Notes: generated by a model from the sequence alone, not told the origin. DNA of 64,000 nucleotides from an uncultured Vicinamibacterales bacterium (GCA_964481395.1 CAYZYG010000013.1:1452-65451); one strand, 5' to 3'; positions 54,803 through 64,000 are shown, counted from the stretch's first letter. Numbers and translations are program-made.

Positions 54803-56131
54803 ATGAAACCCACCCGCATCCTGATCATGGGCGCCGCCGGGCGCGACTTTCACAATTTCAACGTCGTCTACCGCGACAACCCGCGCTACCAGGTTGTCGC
54901 GTTCACGGCCACGCAGATCCCGAACATCGACGACCGCCGCTATCCGGCGTCGCTGGCCGGCAAGCTGTACCCCAAGGGCATCCCCATCCTCGCCGAAGAG
55001 GATCTCGAGGCGATCATCCGCGCCGAGAAGATCGACGAGGTGGTGTTCTCGTACAGTGACGTGCCCTACACGCACGTCATGAACCGCGGCTCCATCGCCA
55101 ACGCCGCCGGCGCCCACTTCACCATCCTCGGCGCGGCCGCCACGATGCTGAAGAGCAAGAAGCCGGTGGTCGCCGTCTGCGCCGTGCGGACCGGTTCGGG
55201 CAAGAGCCAGACGACCCGGCGGATCGCGGGCATCCTGCGCGACGCCGGCCTGACGGTCGCCGCGATCCGTCACCCGATGCCCTACGGCAACCTCGAAAAG
55301 CAGCGCGTGCAGCGCTTCGCGTCGATTGCCGACCTGAAGAAGCACGACTGCACGATCGAGGAGATCGAAGAGTACGAGCCGCACATCGTCAGCGGCACGA
55401 TCATCTACGCCGGCGTCGACTACGGCGACATCCTCGCCCAGGCCCAGGCCGAAGCCGACGTCATCCTGTGGGACGGCGGGAACAACGACACACCGTTCTA
55501 CGTGCCGGACCTCCATCTCGTCGTGGCGGACCCGTTGCGCGTCGGCAACGAGCTGACCTACTACCCGGGCGAGACGAACCTGCGCATGGCCGACGTCGTG
55601 TTGATCAACAAGATCGACACCGCGGACATCATGAGTATCAACGCGCTGCGCGCGAACATCAGGAAGGTCAACACGAAGGCACAAATCGTCGAGGGCGCCT
55701 CGCCGATTGTGGTGGACCACCCGGAGCGGATCACCGGCAAGCGCGTGCTCGTCGTGGAGGATGGTCCGACGCTCACGCACGGTGAGATGAAGTTCGGAGC
55801 CGGCATCGTCGCCGCAGGCAAGTTCAACGCCGCGGAGATCGTCGACCCGAGGCCCTACACGGTCGGGACGATTACCGAGACGTTCAGGAAGTATCCCGGC
55901 ATCGGTGCCCTGCTTCCGGCGATGGGCTACGGCGACCGGCAGGTCAGGGACCTGGAGAAGACCATCAACCGCACGCCCTGCGACGCGGTGATCATCGGGA
56001 CGCCGATCGATCTGAACCGGCTCGTGAAGATCAAGAAGCCGACCGTGCGCGTGCGTTACGAATTGCAGGAAATCGGCAGCCCCGACCTGGTGGACGTGCT
56101 CCAGCCGATCCTTCGCAAGAAACGCCGGTAG
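54803..56131 (+). CDS. cyclic 2,3-diphosphoglycerate synthetase-like P-loop protein (predicted GTPase/ATPase)
   Basis: MKPTRILIMGAAGRDFHNFNVVYRD N-terminus and Walker A AVRTGSGKSQT. The family is recalled from memory as cDPGS-like. The track ORF 53885..56131 upstream part overlaps rocD. Confidence 0.7.
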   Translation: MKPTRILIMGAAGRDFHNFNVVYRDNPRYQVVAFTATQIPNIDDRRYPASLAGKLYPKGIPILAEEDLEAIIRAEKIDEVVFSYSDVPYTHVMNRGSIANAAGAHFTILGAAATMLKSKKPVVAVCAVRTGSGKSQTTRRIAGILRDAGLTVAAIRHPMPYGNLEKQRVQRFASIADLKKHDCTIEEIEEYEPHIVSGTIIYAGVDYGDILAQAQAEADVILWDGGNNDTPFYVPDLHLVVADPLRVGNELTYYPGETNLRMADVVLINKIDTADIMSINALRANIRKVNTKAQIVEGASPIVVDHPERITGKRVLVVEDGPTLTHGEMKFGAGIVAAGKFNAAEIVDPRPYTVGTITETFRKYPGIGALLPAMGYGDRQVRDLEKTINRTPCDAVIIGTPIDLNRLVKIKKPTVRVRYELQEIGSPDLVDVLQPILRKKRR

Positions 56132-56152
56132 GGACGCCTGGGACGTGCGGGC

Positions 56153-56187
56153 CGGGGTTCGTGCGCCGGGAATCGGGATTCGGGCCG
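56153..56187. repeat. heptamer array (CGGGNNT-type) x5
   Basis: cggggtt cgtgcgc cgggaat cgggatt cgggccg. Confidence 0.8.
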
Positions 56188-56321
56188 CACCCGAGGCCCG
56201 AGTTCGGCCACCAGACCGGCGGCCACTGTCGCGGACCGGCTGATCGAGGGCGATCGCGTCGCTTCTGTCTGCCGGCGAACGCCCGTCTGTGGGTCATCAA
56301 TCCCGCAGGCGGGCGTCCCTT

Positions 56322-56356
56322 CCGGATCGAATTCTGAATCGCGACTCCCGATTCCC
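56322..56356. repeat. heptamer array x5, inverted relative to 56153-56187
   Basis: Reverse complement reads cgggaat cgggagt cgcgatt cagaatt cgatccg. Confidence 0.8.
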
Positions 56357-56361
56357 GGCGG

Positions 56362-59300
56362 TTATCTGATTCGCGGCTGGTCCTTCAGCGCCGCGTTGAT
56401 GGCCGCGATGTCGGCCGCCTCGATGGCGGCCAGCTTCTTCTCTGCGTCCGCCGTCTGGGCCGTGAGTTCCGTCATCCGCAGCTTCTCGCCCTCGTTGGGG
56501 GCTTTGAAACCGCGGTTCACATAGCCCGAGACTGACTGAACGTCCTCCCGCAGCCGCGGGTACTGCCGGTAGCCCAGCCCGGGGAGCGGCCTGGCCAGTT
56601 CCTCGTCGCGCCAGCTCTTCAGTCTGTCCATCGCCTGCCTGACCTGCGCCCGGACGGGTGGGGTCGGTGACGGCTTCCCGAGCGCGCCGTCGAGACCGGT
56701 CAACTGCCCGAGCAGATCGTCAACGCGCTCGATGACGGCATTCACACGCTGCTGCACGGCCAGCATGGCGAACGCCGCATCGATCTGCGCCTGCAGGTCG
56801 GCCAGCGAGACTGTCACCTCCGGATCCAGCCGGACCGTCACCGGCGAGGTCAGCTCACGCCCGCCGGCGCTGACCTTGACCACGTAGTCGCCGGGCAGGA
56901 CCGCGGGACCGGACGACCCGAACCCGCCCCGCCCCCGCCCCCCCCCCGGAACGGCGTCCGTCGCCGGGTCAGGTCTGGCCGCCGGGTTGTCGTGCCGGAG
57001 ATCCCAGATGAAGCGGTTCACGCCGGCCTGGGCGCGCAGATTGCGGATCGTGCGGACCGTCTTGCCGGACCTGTCCGTGATGGTGATGGTCAGCGGCTGC
57101 CTGGTCGCGTTCCGGAGGTACAGGTTGAGGTACGCGCCCGCCGGCGGGTTCGGCGCGATCCAGTCGCGCTCGTTCTGCCGGAACATGCCGGAACTCCCCG
57201 CCCAGCGGATGGCCGGACGCACGGGGAACAGGTAGGCTTCCGCCTTCATCGCCGACACCAGTTCCTGGAACGGCCCGGCATCGTCGAGGATGTAGATGCC
57301 GCGCCCGTGCGTGGCGACGATGATGTCGTTGTCGCGCGGGTGGATCTTGATGTCCCGGACCGGCACTGCGGGGATGTTGTTGCGGATGGAGACCCACGTC
57401 GCGCCCTGATCCCAGGAGGCGTAGAGCCCGTTCTCGGTTCCGCCGTAGAGGAGGTCCCGATTCTTCGGGTCCTCCCGGATGACGTGCGACCAGCCCCGCG
57501 GCAGCAGGCCGTTCGTGATCTTCGTCCAGCTCTTGCCGTAGTCGACTGTCTTGTAGAAGTACGGGGCGTAATCGCCGCTCTGCCAGTGGCTGGCTGAGAC
57601 GTACGCCGTGCCCTTGTCGAAGCGTGACGCGTCGACTGCGTTGATCCAGGCGTTGGGCTTCACACCGGGTGCGTTCGCAAACGTATTCGTCCAGGTCTTG
57701 CCGCCGTCGCGCGTGATCTGGACGTTGCCGTCGTCCGTCCCCACCCAGATGAGATTCGCGTCGAGCGGCGACGGCGCAATGCTGATGATCGTGCAATGGA
57801 ACTCGGCCGCCGTGTTGTCCGTCACGATCGGCCCGCCGGATGACTTCTGCTTCTCCTTGTCGTTCGTCGTGAGGTCGGGGCTGATGACCTCCCATGACTG
57901 GCCGTAGTTCGTGGTCTTGAAGAGGACGTTGCCGCCGTAATAGACGGTCTTCGGATCCTGCGGCGACAGGACGATCGGCGCGTCCCAGTTGAAGCGGTAC
58001 TTCTGTGGCGCCATCCACTGCCCGCTCGACCCGATGCCCCCCGGGTACGGGTTGATGCCCCACGACGCGCCGGTCTTTCTGTTGGTAAGGGAAATCACGC
58101 CACCCTGGAGGTTGTTGTAGACCAGGTCGGGATCCGCGAGGTCCGGCACGGCGTAGAACCCGTCTCCCCCGCCCATGTTCTGCCACGCGCTCTTCGGCGT
58201 GCCGGGTGCGCCTGGCGTCTGGCTCGGCCCGCACCATGTGCCGTTGTCCTGCAGTCCGCCGCACAGGTGGTACGGCACGCGCAGGTCGTAGTCGACGTTG
58301 TAGAACTGCGTGAACGGGATGTTGTTCAGGATGTCGAAGGTCGCGCCCGCGTCGTACGACACCTGGAATCCGCCGTCGTCTCCGCTCAGGATCCGGTTCG
58401 AATTCGTCGGGTCGATCCACATGGCCTGATGGTCGCCGTGCGTGGAGTTCCCGATCCGGACGAAAGTGCGGCCGCCGTCCTCGGACTTCATGAGCGGGCC
58501 CGAGAGTGAGTAGACGGTATTGGGATGCTGCGGGTCGACACGGATGTCGGAATAGTAGAACGGCCTGAAGTTGGTGTTCGGATCCTTATTGACCATCCGC
58601 CAGCTCGCGCCGGCGTCATTCGATCGCCAGACCTCGCCTTCGTCTGTCGTTTCGCTGATCACGTAGACGACGGCCGGGTTGCTGCGCGCAACCGCGATCC
58701 CGATGCGGTCCATCGGCCCCTTCGGCAGGCCCCGGTTGGCTTCCGGCCCCGAGAGTTTCTCCCAGGTCGCACCACCGTCCGACGACCTGTAGACGGCCGT
58801 CTCGCCGCCGCCAGAATCGAAGTACCAGGCCCAGCGACGGTAGGTGTACATGCCGGCGTAGACGACGTTGGCGTTGGTCGGGTCGATGTCCACGTCGGAG
58901 CAGCCCGTAAGGTCGTTCTTGTAGAGGATCTTGTCCCAGCTCTTGCCGCCGTCGGTGGTCTTGAAGAGGCCGCGATCCTCGTTCGGCCCCCAGGCGCCGC
59001 CCAACACGCACGCGTAGACGACGTCAGGATTGCGCGGATCGATCCGCAGCCGGGCGATCTTGTCGGCATTCTTCAGCCCGACGTGGGTCCAGTGCTCGCC
59101 CGCGTCGATCGACTTGAACACGCCCTCGCCGAACGACGCGCTGTTCCGGGGATTGCCTTCACCGGTGGCCACGTAGACCACGCTGGGGTCCGAGGGCGCC
59201 AGCGCGATGTCGCCGATCGACACGTTCGGCTGGCCGTCGAAGAGCGCCGTCCACGACACGCCGTTGTTGGTGGTTTTGAACACGCCGCCGGCAGCCGCCC

Positions 59301-59511
59301 CGACATACCAGGTGTTGATGTCCCCGGGAATGCCGGCGATTGCCGAGATGCGCCCCGTCTGGGCCGTGGGACCGATGTTGCGCCACGGCAGGGCCCTGAG
59401 CGCGTCCGCCGGTAACGACTGGAAGGACTGGGCCGCGACCGGGCCGAGGCCGGCCAGTGCCAGGCCTGCGCCCAGTGCCACGGCCGCCGCGAACGTACGC
59501 CGCTTGCTCAT
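56362..59511 (-). CDS. secreted BNR/Asp-box repeat protein (sortilin/VPS10-like double beta-propeller)
   Basis: Signal peptide and at least 11 S/T-x-D-x-G-x-T/S-W/F Asp-boxes (TTDGGKSWDKI, SSDGGATWEKL, SNDAGASWRMV, TRDGGKTWTNT, TVDYGKSWTKI...). GAGGT RBS. Confidence 0.85.
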   Translation of the reverse strand: MSKRRTFAAAVALGAGLALAGLGPVAAQSFQSLPADALRALPWRNIGPTAQTGRISAIAGIPGDINTWYVGAAAGGVFKTTNNGVSWTALFDGQPNVSIGDIALAPSDPSVVYVATGEGNPRNSASFGEGVFKSIDAGEHWTHVGLKNADKIARLRIDPRNPDVVYACVLGGAWGPNEDRGLFKTTDGGKSWDKILYKNDLTGCSDVDIDPTNANVVYAGMYTYRRWAWYFDSGGGETAVYRSSDGGATWEKLSGPEANRGLPKGPMDRIGIAVARSNPAVVYVISETTDEGEVWRSNDAGASWRMVNKDPNTNFRPFYYSDIRVDPQHPNTVYSLSGPLMKSEDGGRTFVRIGNSTHGDHQAMWIDPTNSNRILSGDDGGFQVSYDAGATFDILNNIPFTQFYNVDYDLRVPYHLCGGLQDNGTWCGPSQTPGAPGTPKSAWQNMGGGDGFYAVPDLADPDLVYNNLQGGVISLTNRKTGASWGINPYPGGIGSSGQWMAPQKYRFNWDAPIVLSPQDPKTVYYGGNVLFKTTNYGQSWEVISPDLTTNDKEKQKSSGGPIVTDNTAAEFHCTIISIAPSPLDANLIWVGTDDGNVQITRDGGKTWTNTFANAPGVKPNAWINAVDASRFDKGTAYVSASHWQSGDYAPYFYKTVDYGKSWTKITNGLLPRGWSHVIREDPKNRDLLYGGTENGLYASWDQGATWVSIRNNIPAVPVRDIKIHPRDNDIIVATHGRGIYILDDAGPFQELVSAMKAEAYLFPVRPAIRWAGSSGMFRQNERDWIAPNPPAGAYLNLYLRNATRQPLTITITDRSGKTVRTIRNLRAQAGVNRFIWDLRHDNPAARPDPATDAVPGGGRGRGGFGSSGPAVLPGDYVVKVSAGGRELTSPVTVRLDPEVTVSLADLQAQIDAAFAMLAVQQRVNAVIERVDDLLGQLTGLDGALGKPSPTPPVRAQVRQAMDRLKSWRDEELARPLPGLGYRQYPRLREDVQSVSGYVNRGFKAPNEGEKLRMTELTAQTADAEKKLAAIEAADIAAINAALKDQPRIR

Positions 59512-59604
59512 GAGTACCTCGCGATGAGCTGGATGTGATGGCGAGCCTCAGCGCCCGCCGAAGCAGGGGCAGAGTGTAGCACACTGGCGACACGAACCCT
59601 GGCC

Positions 59605-59633
59605 CGGGGACTCGGGAGTCGGAATTCGGGAGT
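59605..59633. repeat. heptamer array (CGGGAGT-type) x4
   Basis: cggggact cgggagt cggaatt cgggagt. Confidence 0.8.
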
Positions 59634-59635
59634 CG

Positions 59636-59680
59636 AACAAAAACACGAACGGGGGCCGGAGTCATCTCCCGCCCCCGTTC
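59636..59680 (-). terminator. putative rho-independent terminator after serC
   Basis: On the minus strand: perfect 10-bp stem GAACGGGGGC / GCCCCCGTTC with a 14-nt loop, followed by GTGTTTTTGTTCG. Confidence 0.6.
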
Positions 59681-59711
59681 GTCTACTGTCTACTGACGAT
59701 CGTCAGTACCC

Positions 59712-60812
59712 CTACCCGTTCTTTTTCTCGAACTCCTGCATGAACGAGATGAGGGCGTCGACGCCCGCCTCGGGGAACGCGTTATAGATCGACGCGCGCA
59801 TGCCGCCCACGGAGCGGTGGCCCTTGAGTCCATCGAGGCCGGCCGCCTTGGCGTCCTTCGCGAACTTCTCCTCGAGTTCCGCGCTCGGGAGGCGGAAGGT
59901 CACGTTCATGAGCGACCGGCACTCCTTCGCCGAATGCCCTTTGTAGAAGCCCGTGCGATCGATTTCGGCGTAGAGCTTCGCCGCCTTGCGCTGGTTGATC
60001 TCGTGGATGGCCGGGAGCCCGCCGATCGACAGCAGCCACTTCATCACGAGCCCCATGATGTAGATCGCGAAGACGGGTGGCGTGTTGTACATCGACCCGT
60101 TCTCGGCATGGATGGCGTAGTTGAGCATCGTCGCCAGCTTGGGGTCGTCGATGCGCTTCTTCAGCCACTCGTCCTTGACGATGACGAGCGCCACGCCGGC
60201 CGGCCCGATGTTCTTCTGGGCGCCGGCGTAGATCAAAGCGTGCTTCGTGACGTCGAGCGGCCGGCTGAACATGTCCGACGAGGTGTCGCACACGAGCGGC
60301 ACCCCGCCGGTGTCGGGCACGTACTTGAACTCGACGCCGTGGATGGTCTCGTTCGACGTGAAGGACACGTACGCCGCCTTCGGATCGAGTTTCAGATCGG
60401 CCTGGGCCGGCACGGTGGTGAAGTTCCCGGCCTCGCCCGTCCAGGCAATATTGACGCCGCCGACCTTCTTGGCCTCCTTCACCGCCTTCTTCGACCACGA
60501 GCCGGTGACGATGTAGTCGGCCGACCCGTCGGGGGGCAGGAAGTTCAGCGCCACCATCGAGAACTGCAGGCTGGCGCCTCCTGGCAGGAACAGCACCTTG
60601 TAGTCGTCCGGAATGCCGGCAAGCGTGCGGATGTCGGCTTCTGTCTGCTTCGCGCAGGCATCGAAGAACTTGCCCCGGTGGCTCATCTCGAGGATGGACA
60701 TGCCCACGCCGGGCATGCTGACCAGATCGCGCTGGGCCTCCTCGAGGACCGGCAGCGGCAGGACGGCCGGGCCGGCGGCGAAATTGAACACGCGTGGGGT
60801 TGCAGTGGACAT
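59712..60812 (-). CDS. serC: phosphoserine aminotransferase
   Basis: FNFAAGPAVLP, MSHRGK and YAGAQKNIGPAG (PLP Lys) motifs. AGGAGAA RBS. Confidence 0.95.
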   Translation of the reverse strand: MSTATPRVFNFAAGPAVLPLPVLEEAQRDLVSMPGVGMSILEMSHRGKFFDACAKQTEADIRTLAGIPDDYKVLFLPGGASLQFSMVALNFLPPDGSADYIVTGSWSKKAVKEAKKVGGVNIAWTGEAGNFTTVPAQADLKLDPKAAYVSFTSNETIHGVEFKYVPDTGGVPLVCDTSSDMFSRPLDVTKHALIYAGAQKNIGPAGVALVIVKDEWLKKRIDDPKLATMLNYAIHAENGSMYNTPPVFAIYIMGLVMKWLLSIGGLPAIHEINQRKAAKLYAEIDRTGFYKGHSAKECRSLMNVTFRLPSAELEEKFAKDAKAAGLDGLKGHRSVGGMRASIYNAFPEAGVDALISFMQEFEKKNG

Positions 60813-60821
60813 GGGATTCTC

Positions 60822-62087
60822 CTAGCTCATCGACACCACGTGCACGTCGAGCACGTTGCTGTTGCCGGACTTGATGGCCGTCAGCACCTGGCTCGACGGC
60901 TCGCCTTCGAGGTTGATGCGCGCGACCGCCGCCTCGGCGTCCGCGAAGATGATGTTCTCCGTCTCCTGGACGTTGAGGCCCGACTCGCGCAGCCGGTCGA
61001 ACACGTGCGCCAGCACGCCGGGCTTGTCTTGGTGGCGGACCACCAGCACGTGCGTGGCCGGCGTACGCTTGCTCAGGTTGATCACGTTCGGAACCCGGCC
61101 GGTCTGCATGTAGGTGGTTGCGATGCGGACGGTCTCCGCCGCGATGGCTTCCTGTGCCTGGTCCGTCGACGCGCCGATGTGGTGGGTGCCGTAGACGTTC
61201 GGCAGGCCGACCAGCGAATCCACGAAGTCACCGGACGGCGTCGCCGGTTCCTTGGCGTACACGTCGACCGCGACGCGGACGCCGTTGTTCTTCACGGCGT
61301 CCTCGAGCGCCTTGTAATCGACGACCTCACCACGGGCGGTGTTGACAAAGAACGATCCGGGCTTCAGCTTCCCGAGCACGTCGGCGTTCACCAAGCCGCG
61401 CGTCTTGTCGTTGAGCGCCAGGTGTACGCTCAGCACGTCGCAGTTGGCCGCCACCTCGGCCGGCGTGTCGAACACGCGGACGACGGGCTCGATCGGATAG
61501 CCGGAAGACGGACGCAGCCGGACGAGCAGGGGCAGGTCGATCGGCAGGCCGTCCCGGCCAATCTCCACGCCGATCTCGCTCCACACCGCGATGTTCATGC
61601 CGAAGGCCTGGGCGCGCTTGGCCATCTCCTGGCCGATGCTGCCGAAGCCCAGCAGCCCCAGCGTGCGCCCGTAGAGGCCGCGCGCCTTGGAGTACTCCTT
61701 CTTGTTCCATTTGCCCGCCCGCAGCTCGGCCACGTTGTCCGGGATGCGCCGGTCGAGCGAGAGGATGAGCCCGAAGGCCAGTTCCGCCACGGCAATCGAG
61801 TTCTTGCCCGGGCAGTTGGAGACGTAGATGCCCCGCTTCGACGCCGCCTTGACGTCGATGGTGTCGTAGCCTGCACCAGCCCGCACGACCAGGGCCAGGT
61901 TGCTGGCTTCGAGAATCGCTTCCGTCACCTTCGTGGACCGGACGACGAGCACTTCCGCCTGGCTCGACGCCAGCGCCTCGGCCAGGGCCGCGTCCTTGAG
62001 ATCCGGTTGGAAGAGCACCTCACAGCCGGCTTCCTTCAGCGCATCGAGTCCACTCTTTTCGAACTTGTCCGCAATCAGCACTTTCAT
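60822..62087 (-). CDS. serA: D-3-phosphoglycerate dehydrogenase
   Basis: MKVLIADKF N-terminus, NAD site LGLLGFGSIGQEMAKRA, GTHHIGAST, and a C-terminal ACT-like domain. GAGGAGAA RBS. The track ORF upstream of 62087 is translated repeat array. Confidence 0.92.
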   Translation of the reverse strand: MKVLIADKFEKSGLDALKEAGCEVLFQPDLKDAALAEALASSQAEVLVVRSTKVTEAILEASNLALVVRAGAGYDTIDVKAASKRGIYVSNCPGKNSIAVAELAFGLILSLDRRIPDNVAELRAGKWNKKEYSKARGLYGRTLGLLGFGSIGQEMAKRAQAFGMNIAVWSEIGVEIGRDGLPIDLPLLVRLRPSSGYPIEPVVRVFDTPAEVAANCDVLSVHLALNDKTRGLVNADVLGKLKPGSFFVNTARGEVVDYKALEDAVKNNGVRVAVDVYAKEPATPSGDFVDSLVGLPNVYGTHHIGASTDQAQEAIAAETVRIATTYMQTGRVPNVINLSKRTPATHVLVVRHQDKPGVLAHVFDRLRESGLNVQETENIIFADAEAAVARINLEGEPSSQVLTAIKSGNSNVLDVHVVSMS

Positions 62088-62097
62088 GACTTCTCCT

Positions 62098-62128
62098 CGG
62101 GATCCGGGATCCGGGATCCGGGATCCGG
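62098..62128. repeat. heptamer array (CGGGATC)x4
   Basis: Perfect cgggatc x4 plus cgg, immediately upstream of the serA RBS (on the opposite strand). Confidence 0.95.
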
Positions 62129-62166
62129 TGGGCTCCAGGGATCGTCCGACGCGCGGCAGCGCGCGG

Positions 62167-62201
62167 GGCTCCCCGGTTCCCGGATCCCGGGCCCAGGGTC
62201 C
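62167..62201. repeat. heptamer array (CGGNNCC-type) x5, partner of 62098-62128
   Basis: ggctccc cggttcc cggatcc cgggccc agggtcc; abuts the DUF1015 stop codon. Confidence 0.8.
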
Positions 62202-62202
62202 G

Positions 62203-63420
62203 TCAGATCGTATGAATGACCAGCGCGTCCCGCAGCTTCGGCTCGAACCACGTCGACTTGGGAGGCATGATTTCACCCGCGTCCGCGATGCCCATCAGAT
62301 CGGCCACCGTGACCGGGAACATGGAGAACGCAACTGCGGCCTTGCCGCTTCCCACCAGTGTCTCGAGCTCGCCGGTACCACGGATGCCGCCAACGAAATC
62401 GATCCGCTTGTCCGTGCGCACGTCGGCGATCTTCAGCACTGGATCGAGCAGGTGATCCTGCAGGATGCTGACATCCAGGCGGCTGATGACGTCCGTGCCC
62501 GCCTTCGTGCCGACGTCGAGCGTGTACCAGGCTCCGCCCAGGTACATCGCGACCTCGCCCTTGCGTGCCGGTGCGGCGGGTCCGCCCTCCCGCACCGGGA
62601 AGGTCCCCTTGACGGCCGCGAGGAAGGCCTCAGGCGTGAGACCGGCCAGGTCCTTGACTACCCGGTTGTACGGCAGGATTTGCGTCTGGTTGTCGGGAAA
62701 CGCCACGGCCAGGAACCAGTCGGCTTCGACCACGCCATCGGGCCCGGCGTCCCGCGCGACGGCCTTGCGCGCGCGGGCGGCGCTGGCCGCCCGGTGATGG
62801 CCGTCCGCGATGTACAGGGCCGGCAGCTTGGCGAACCCGGCGACGACGGCGGCCGCCTCCGCTCCCGTGACCTTCCACAGCGTGTGGGCTACGCCGTCAG
62901 GCGCGACGATGTCGTAGAGCGGCGTCGTCGAGGTCACGCGGGCCGCCACGGCATCGACCTCGGCCGAGGCCTTGTACGTCAGGAACACCGGTCCGGTCTG
63001 CGCTCGCAGCTCGGTGATGTGCCGCGTGCGATCGTCTTCCTTGTCCCGCCGCGTCTTCTCGTGTTTCTTGATCAGGTCGGCGTCGTATTCGTCGACCGAA
63101 TAGCACGCCGCCAGCCCCGTCTGCTCGTGCGCGCCCATCCGCAGCTTGTAGAAGTAGAGCGCCGGCTCTGGCTCGATGACGAACTGCGACCGCATCCGTG
63201 TGAAACGGGCTTTCGCCGTCTCGTAGACGAGGTCCGCATAGGGATTGGTGTCCGGCGGCAGGTCGATCTCCGCCCGCGACACGTGCAGGAAGCTCAGGTC
63301 GTTGCTGGCCGCCAGCGCCCGTGCTTCGTCGGTATTGACGACATCGTACGGGACGGAGGCGATGAGCGACACGAGGGCAGGGTCCGGCCTCAGGGCGCGA
63401 AAGGGTCGTATCTTGGCCAT
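62203..63420 (-). CDS. DUF1015 domain-containing protein
   Basis: MAKIRPFRALRP N-terminus, YDVVNTDEAR, LYIADGHHRAASA, and C-terminal MPPKSTWFEPKLR, as I recall for DUF1015. Confidence 0.8.
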   Translation of the reverse strand: MAKIRPFRALRPDPALVSLIASVPYDVVNTDEARALAASNDLSFLHVSRAEIDLPPDTNPYADLVYETAKARFTRMRSQFVIEPEPALYFYKLRMGAHEQTGLAACYSVDEYDADLIKKHEKTRRDKEDDRTRHITELRAQTGPVFLTYKASAEVDAVAARVTSTTPLYDIVAPDGVAHTLWKVTGAEAAAVVAGFAKLPALYIADGHHRAASAARARKAVARDAGPDGVVEADWFLAVAFPDNQTQILPYNRVVKDLAGLTPEAFLAAVKGTFPVREGGPAAPARKGEVAMYLGGAWYTLDVGTKAGTDVISRLDVSILQDHLLDPVLKIADVRTDKRIDFVGGIRGTGELETLVGSGKAAVAFSMFPVTVADLMGIADAGEIMPPKSTWFEPKLRDALVIHTI

Positions 63421-63640
63421 CTGGTGGTCCTATCTGCGGCTCCGGGTCCCCACTTGGGCGCGGCGCCACGGTCGTGCGGGTGGTGATATCTGGTTGCTCA
63501 TGCTCCGGCTCGATGATGGGCGGTCCGTGACACGGCCGCCCGTCGTTCCGGAACCCGACGCGGTCGCCGGAGGCGTGTAGCCCCCAGCGAACCGTACTTC
63601 AGCAGGAAGGCGGGGGGAAGTCAAGAGACCAGGCACCCCA

Positions 63641-63677
63641 GGGGACCGGGGACCAGGGACCGGGGACCGGGGATCGG
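63641..63677. repeat. heptamer array (GGGGACC)x5
   Basis: ggggacc ggggacc agggacc ggggacc ggggatc gg. Confidence 0.95.
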
Positions 63678-63758
63678 TTCTGCGACGCAGACGTCCCCAT
63701 TCGTCCACCGGGAGACACCCAGAGGGTCAGACATCAAAATCGGGAGCCATCCTTAGCT

Positions 63759-63786
63759 GGCCCCCGATCCCAGGTCCCCGGTCCCC
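63759..63786. repeat. heptamer array (GGTCCCC-type) x4, inverted relative to 63641-63677
   Basis: ggccccc gatccca ggtcccc ggtcccc. Confidence 0.9.
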
Positions 63787-63798
63787 GTCGTGTGGCCG

Positions 63799-64000
63799 TC
63801 ACCGAGCGCCCGGCCACAGGCCTTCTTCCACCGGCAGCGTGAGCGTCGAGCCGTGGTAGATGCGCTGTGTCGCCTTGCGGAAGTCGGACCGCTTCGCCTT
63901 CGGGATGTCCATGAACTGCTGGGGGTTCCGGTCCACCAGCGGGAAGTAGGAGCTCTGGACGTGCACCATGATCCGGTGCCCGCGCCGGAACACGTGGTAG
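63799..64000 (-). CDS. CocE/NonD-family hydrolase, C-terminal end only (continues off the right edge)
   Basis: HVFRRGHRIMVHVQSSYFPLVDRNPQ is the typical C-terminal beta-sandwich motif of X-Pro dipeptidyl-peptidase/CocE-NonD hydrolases. Confidence 0.7.
   Translation of the reverse strand, partial: YHVFRRGHRIMVHVQSSYFPLVDRNPQQFMDIPKAKRSDFRKATQRIYHGSTLTLPVEEGLWPGAR

Overview
GC-rich bacterial chromosomal window (by eye about two-thirds G+C or more). The gene content, including a VWFA-type protein of the kind common in Acidobacteria, suggests an Acidobacteriota-like genome; this is inference only. I can support 55 protein-coding genes. I saw no rRNA, tRNA, CRISPR array, transposase or integrase. 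Layout, left to right: (1) TonB-like, membrane, VWA, ZIP-transporter, BON and GNAT genes (0.7-6.4 kb). (2) An envelope-stress module arranged like cpxP/cpxRA, with a second CpxP/Spy-like gene on the other side (6.5-10.5 kb). (3) A roughly 28 kb exopolysaccharide locus (10.5-39 kb). Its export/priming operon and glycosyltransferase operons look like the PEP-CTERM/exosortase-associated EPS type, but no exosortase gene lies in this window. It ends in an unusual accessory block: three CelD/FemAB-like GNATs, a Cys-less asparagine-synthetase-like PP-loop protein, a 2H phosphoesterase, an unassigned protein, a radical SAM/SPASM protein and a membrane-anchored lipoprotein. (4) polA-pcnB. (5) A translationally coupled menF-D-H-B-A-E operon without menC. 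(6) A carbamoyl-phosphate/ornithine cluster: argF, arcC, a divergent ATCase-like gene, rocD and a cyclic-2,3-diphosphoglycerate-synthetase-like P-loop gene. (7) A 1049-aa BNR/VPS10-like repeat protein. (8) serA-serC preceded by DUF1015. Two things stand out. First, a dense population of short tandem arrays with a 7-nt period fills almost every intergenic gap, and these arrays often occur as inverted pairs. Second, the accessory block at 30-39 kb is the best candidate here for an undescribed modification system. All family assignments come from reading motifs by eye; no HMM or BLAST search was run.
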